DNA from: an uncultured Erysipelotrichaceae bacterium
Lineage (GTDB): Bacteria > Bacillota_I > Bacilli_A > Erysipelotrichales > Erysipelotrichaceae
Direction of reading: 5' to 3'
Length of the DNA: 54,253 nt
NCBI GenBank assembly: GCA_902773425.1
Contig: CACYEP010000075.1
Location: forward strand, 1 to 54,253
Shown: piece after piece, positions 53,496 to 54,253 of the stretch
Layout: each line of letters begins with the position of its first letter
How positions within the stretch are numbered: the first letter of the stretch is position 1
Notes under the pieces: generated by a model
Seen by the model: the letters and a program-made list of their open reading frames with translations, nothing else
Database searches by the model: none
Told to the model about the DNA's origin: nothing
Program-made: the position numbers and the translations under genes

Positions 53496-54253
53496 TGGCC
53501 GAACGGGATAAAATGAATGACCTTATTACCCGCGCCGTCATATTCGCGGCGGAAAAACACGCGGATCAGAAGCGCAAAGGCACCGACATCCCCTACATCT
53601 TTCATCCGTTGGAGGTCATGAGGCTGTTACTGGATATGAACGCGCATCCGGAATTGATTGCCGCAGGCGTTCTTCATGACACCTTGGAAGACACGGACAC
53701 AACCTATGAGGAACTGGTCCGGAAATTCGGGGAAGAGGTCGCGGATTATGTAAGCTGTTTAAGTGAGGACAAGTCCAAGGCTTGGGATGAGCGCAAAGCG
53801 CAGGCCATTGAAGAAGCGGACCGTGCCGGCATTGATCTGAAACATTTGATATTCGCGGATAAATATGCCAACCTGAAGTCTATTTATGAAGACTACAGGG
53901 ATAACGGCGATGAGGTCTTCCGCCGTTTCAATGCCGGAAAGGAAGATCAGGCCTGGTATTACAGCGGAATGCTGAGCGCATTGGCAGATTTGGCGGATGA
54001 TCCTGCTGCACAGGAACTTTATGCCCATGCCAATCAAATGTACAACGAAATATTCTGCAGGTTTTATTACAGCGATTCCGAAAAGGCGTTATTCTTTGAG
54101 AACGAACAGCACGAAATCATCGGACGCACCGCAGAAAACGGAGAATGGGAAGAATATATACATCTGCCGGAAGATGCGGAAGAGATATCTGCCGAAGAAG
54201 CAAATTATATCCGGATGACGATGGATTTCCTTGATGAAGGAATCACGGAAGAG
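53495..54253 (+). CDS. HD-domain hydrolase of the RelA/SpoT (small alarmone hydrolase, Mesh1-like) type; 3' end cut by window
   Basis: Not on the ORF track because it has no stop within the window. The ATG overlaps the macro stop (TGATG). Translates as MAERDKMNDLITRAVIFAAEKHADQKRKGTDIPYIFHPLEVMRLL...AAGVLHDTLEDTDTTYEELVRKFGEEVADYV...LIFADKYANL, which are the (p)ppGpp-hydrolase HD motifs. Open for 253 codons to the window edge. Confidence 0.75.
   Translation, partial: MAERDKMNDLITRAVIFAAEKHADQKRKGTDIPYIFHPLEVMRLLLDMNAHPELIAAGVLHDTLEDTDTTYEELVRKFGEEVADYVSCLSEDKSKAWDERKAQAIEEADRAGIDLKHLIFADKYANLKSIYEDYRDNGDEVFRRFNAGKEDQAWYYSGMLSALADLADDPAAQELYAHANQMYNEIFCRFYYSDSEKALFFENEQHEIIGRTAENGEWEEYIHLPEDAEEISAEEANYIRMTMDFLDEGITEE

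Noticed and set aside
1-54253. Mobile elements, prophage remnants, toxin-antitoxin pairs, CRISPR-Cas, restriction-modification or other known defence systems; rRNA/tRNA genes
   Set aside because: No integrase, transposase, recombinase, Cas or methyltransferase/nuclease signatures were recognised. No inverted terminal repeats or tRNA-like cloverleaf candidates were seen. All intergenic gaps over 100 bp are accounted for by promoters, terminators, oriC or the SRP RNA.

Overview
This window is the chromosomal replication-origin region of a Bacillota (Firmicutes) genome and is almost wall-to-wall housekeeping genes. dnaA (40341-41726, minus) is flanked by a bipartite oriC. Nine strong DnaA boxes lie upstream (41866-42144). 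Two perfect boxes plus an AT-rich stretch lie in the dnaA-dnaN spacer (40206-40340). Left of oriC nearly every gene is on the minus strand, co-directional with the leftward fork: dnaA-dnaN, yaaA-recF-gyrB-gyrA-serS, tadA-dnaX-recR, fhs, mutS-mutL-miaA-tcdA, an ABC pair, dtd-folD-DUF951-ychF, darA, larC plus an Fe-S aldo/keto reductase, tmk-holB-ricT-rsmI, a PfkB kinase/TrpF-like cluster and a truncated buk. Right of oriC lie a kinase-less PASTA membrane protein, htrA, a 1051-aa GH73-type autolysin, rpmH-rnpA-yidC-jag, a small membrane protein, an RluA-family pseudouridine synthase, a macro-domain/HTH fusion and an HD (RelA/SpoT-type) hydrolase that runs off the window. Four features are absent from the ORF track: rpmH (46 aa), an ~80-nt minimal SRP RNA upstream of tadA, two perfect consensus parS sites, and the open-ended HD gene. 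I see no rRNA, tRNA, CRISPR array, transposase, integrase or recognisable defence island. I did not find a convincing self-contained novel multi-gene system. The best second-look candidates are the macro-HTH/HD hydrolase pair at the right edge, the PASTA-only protein whose upstream region abuts the DnaA-box cluster, a PTS EIICB-like protein with both signature motifs degenerate, the larC-AKR(Fe-S) pair, the GNAT-CYTH pair and an orphan 308-aa protein. All homology calls come from motif recognition by eye; no searches or computations were run.
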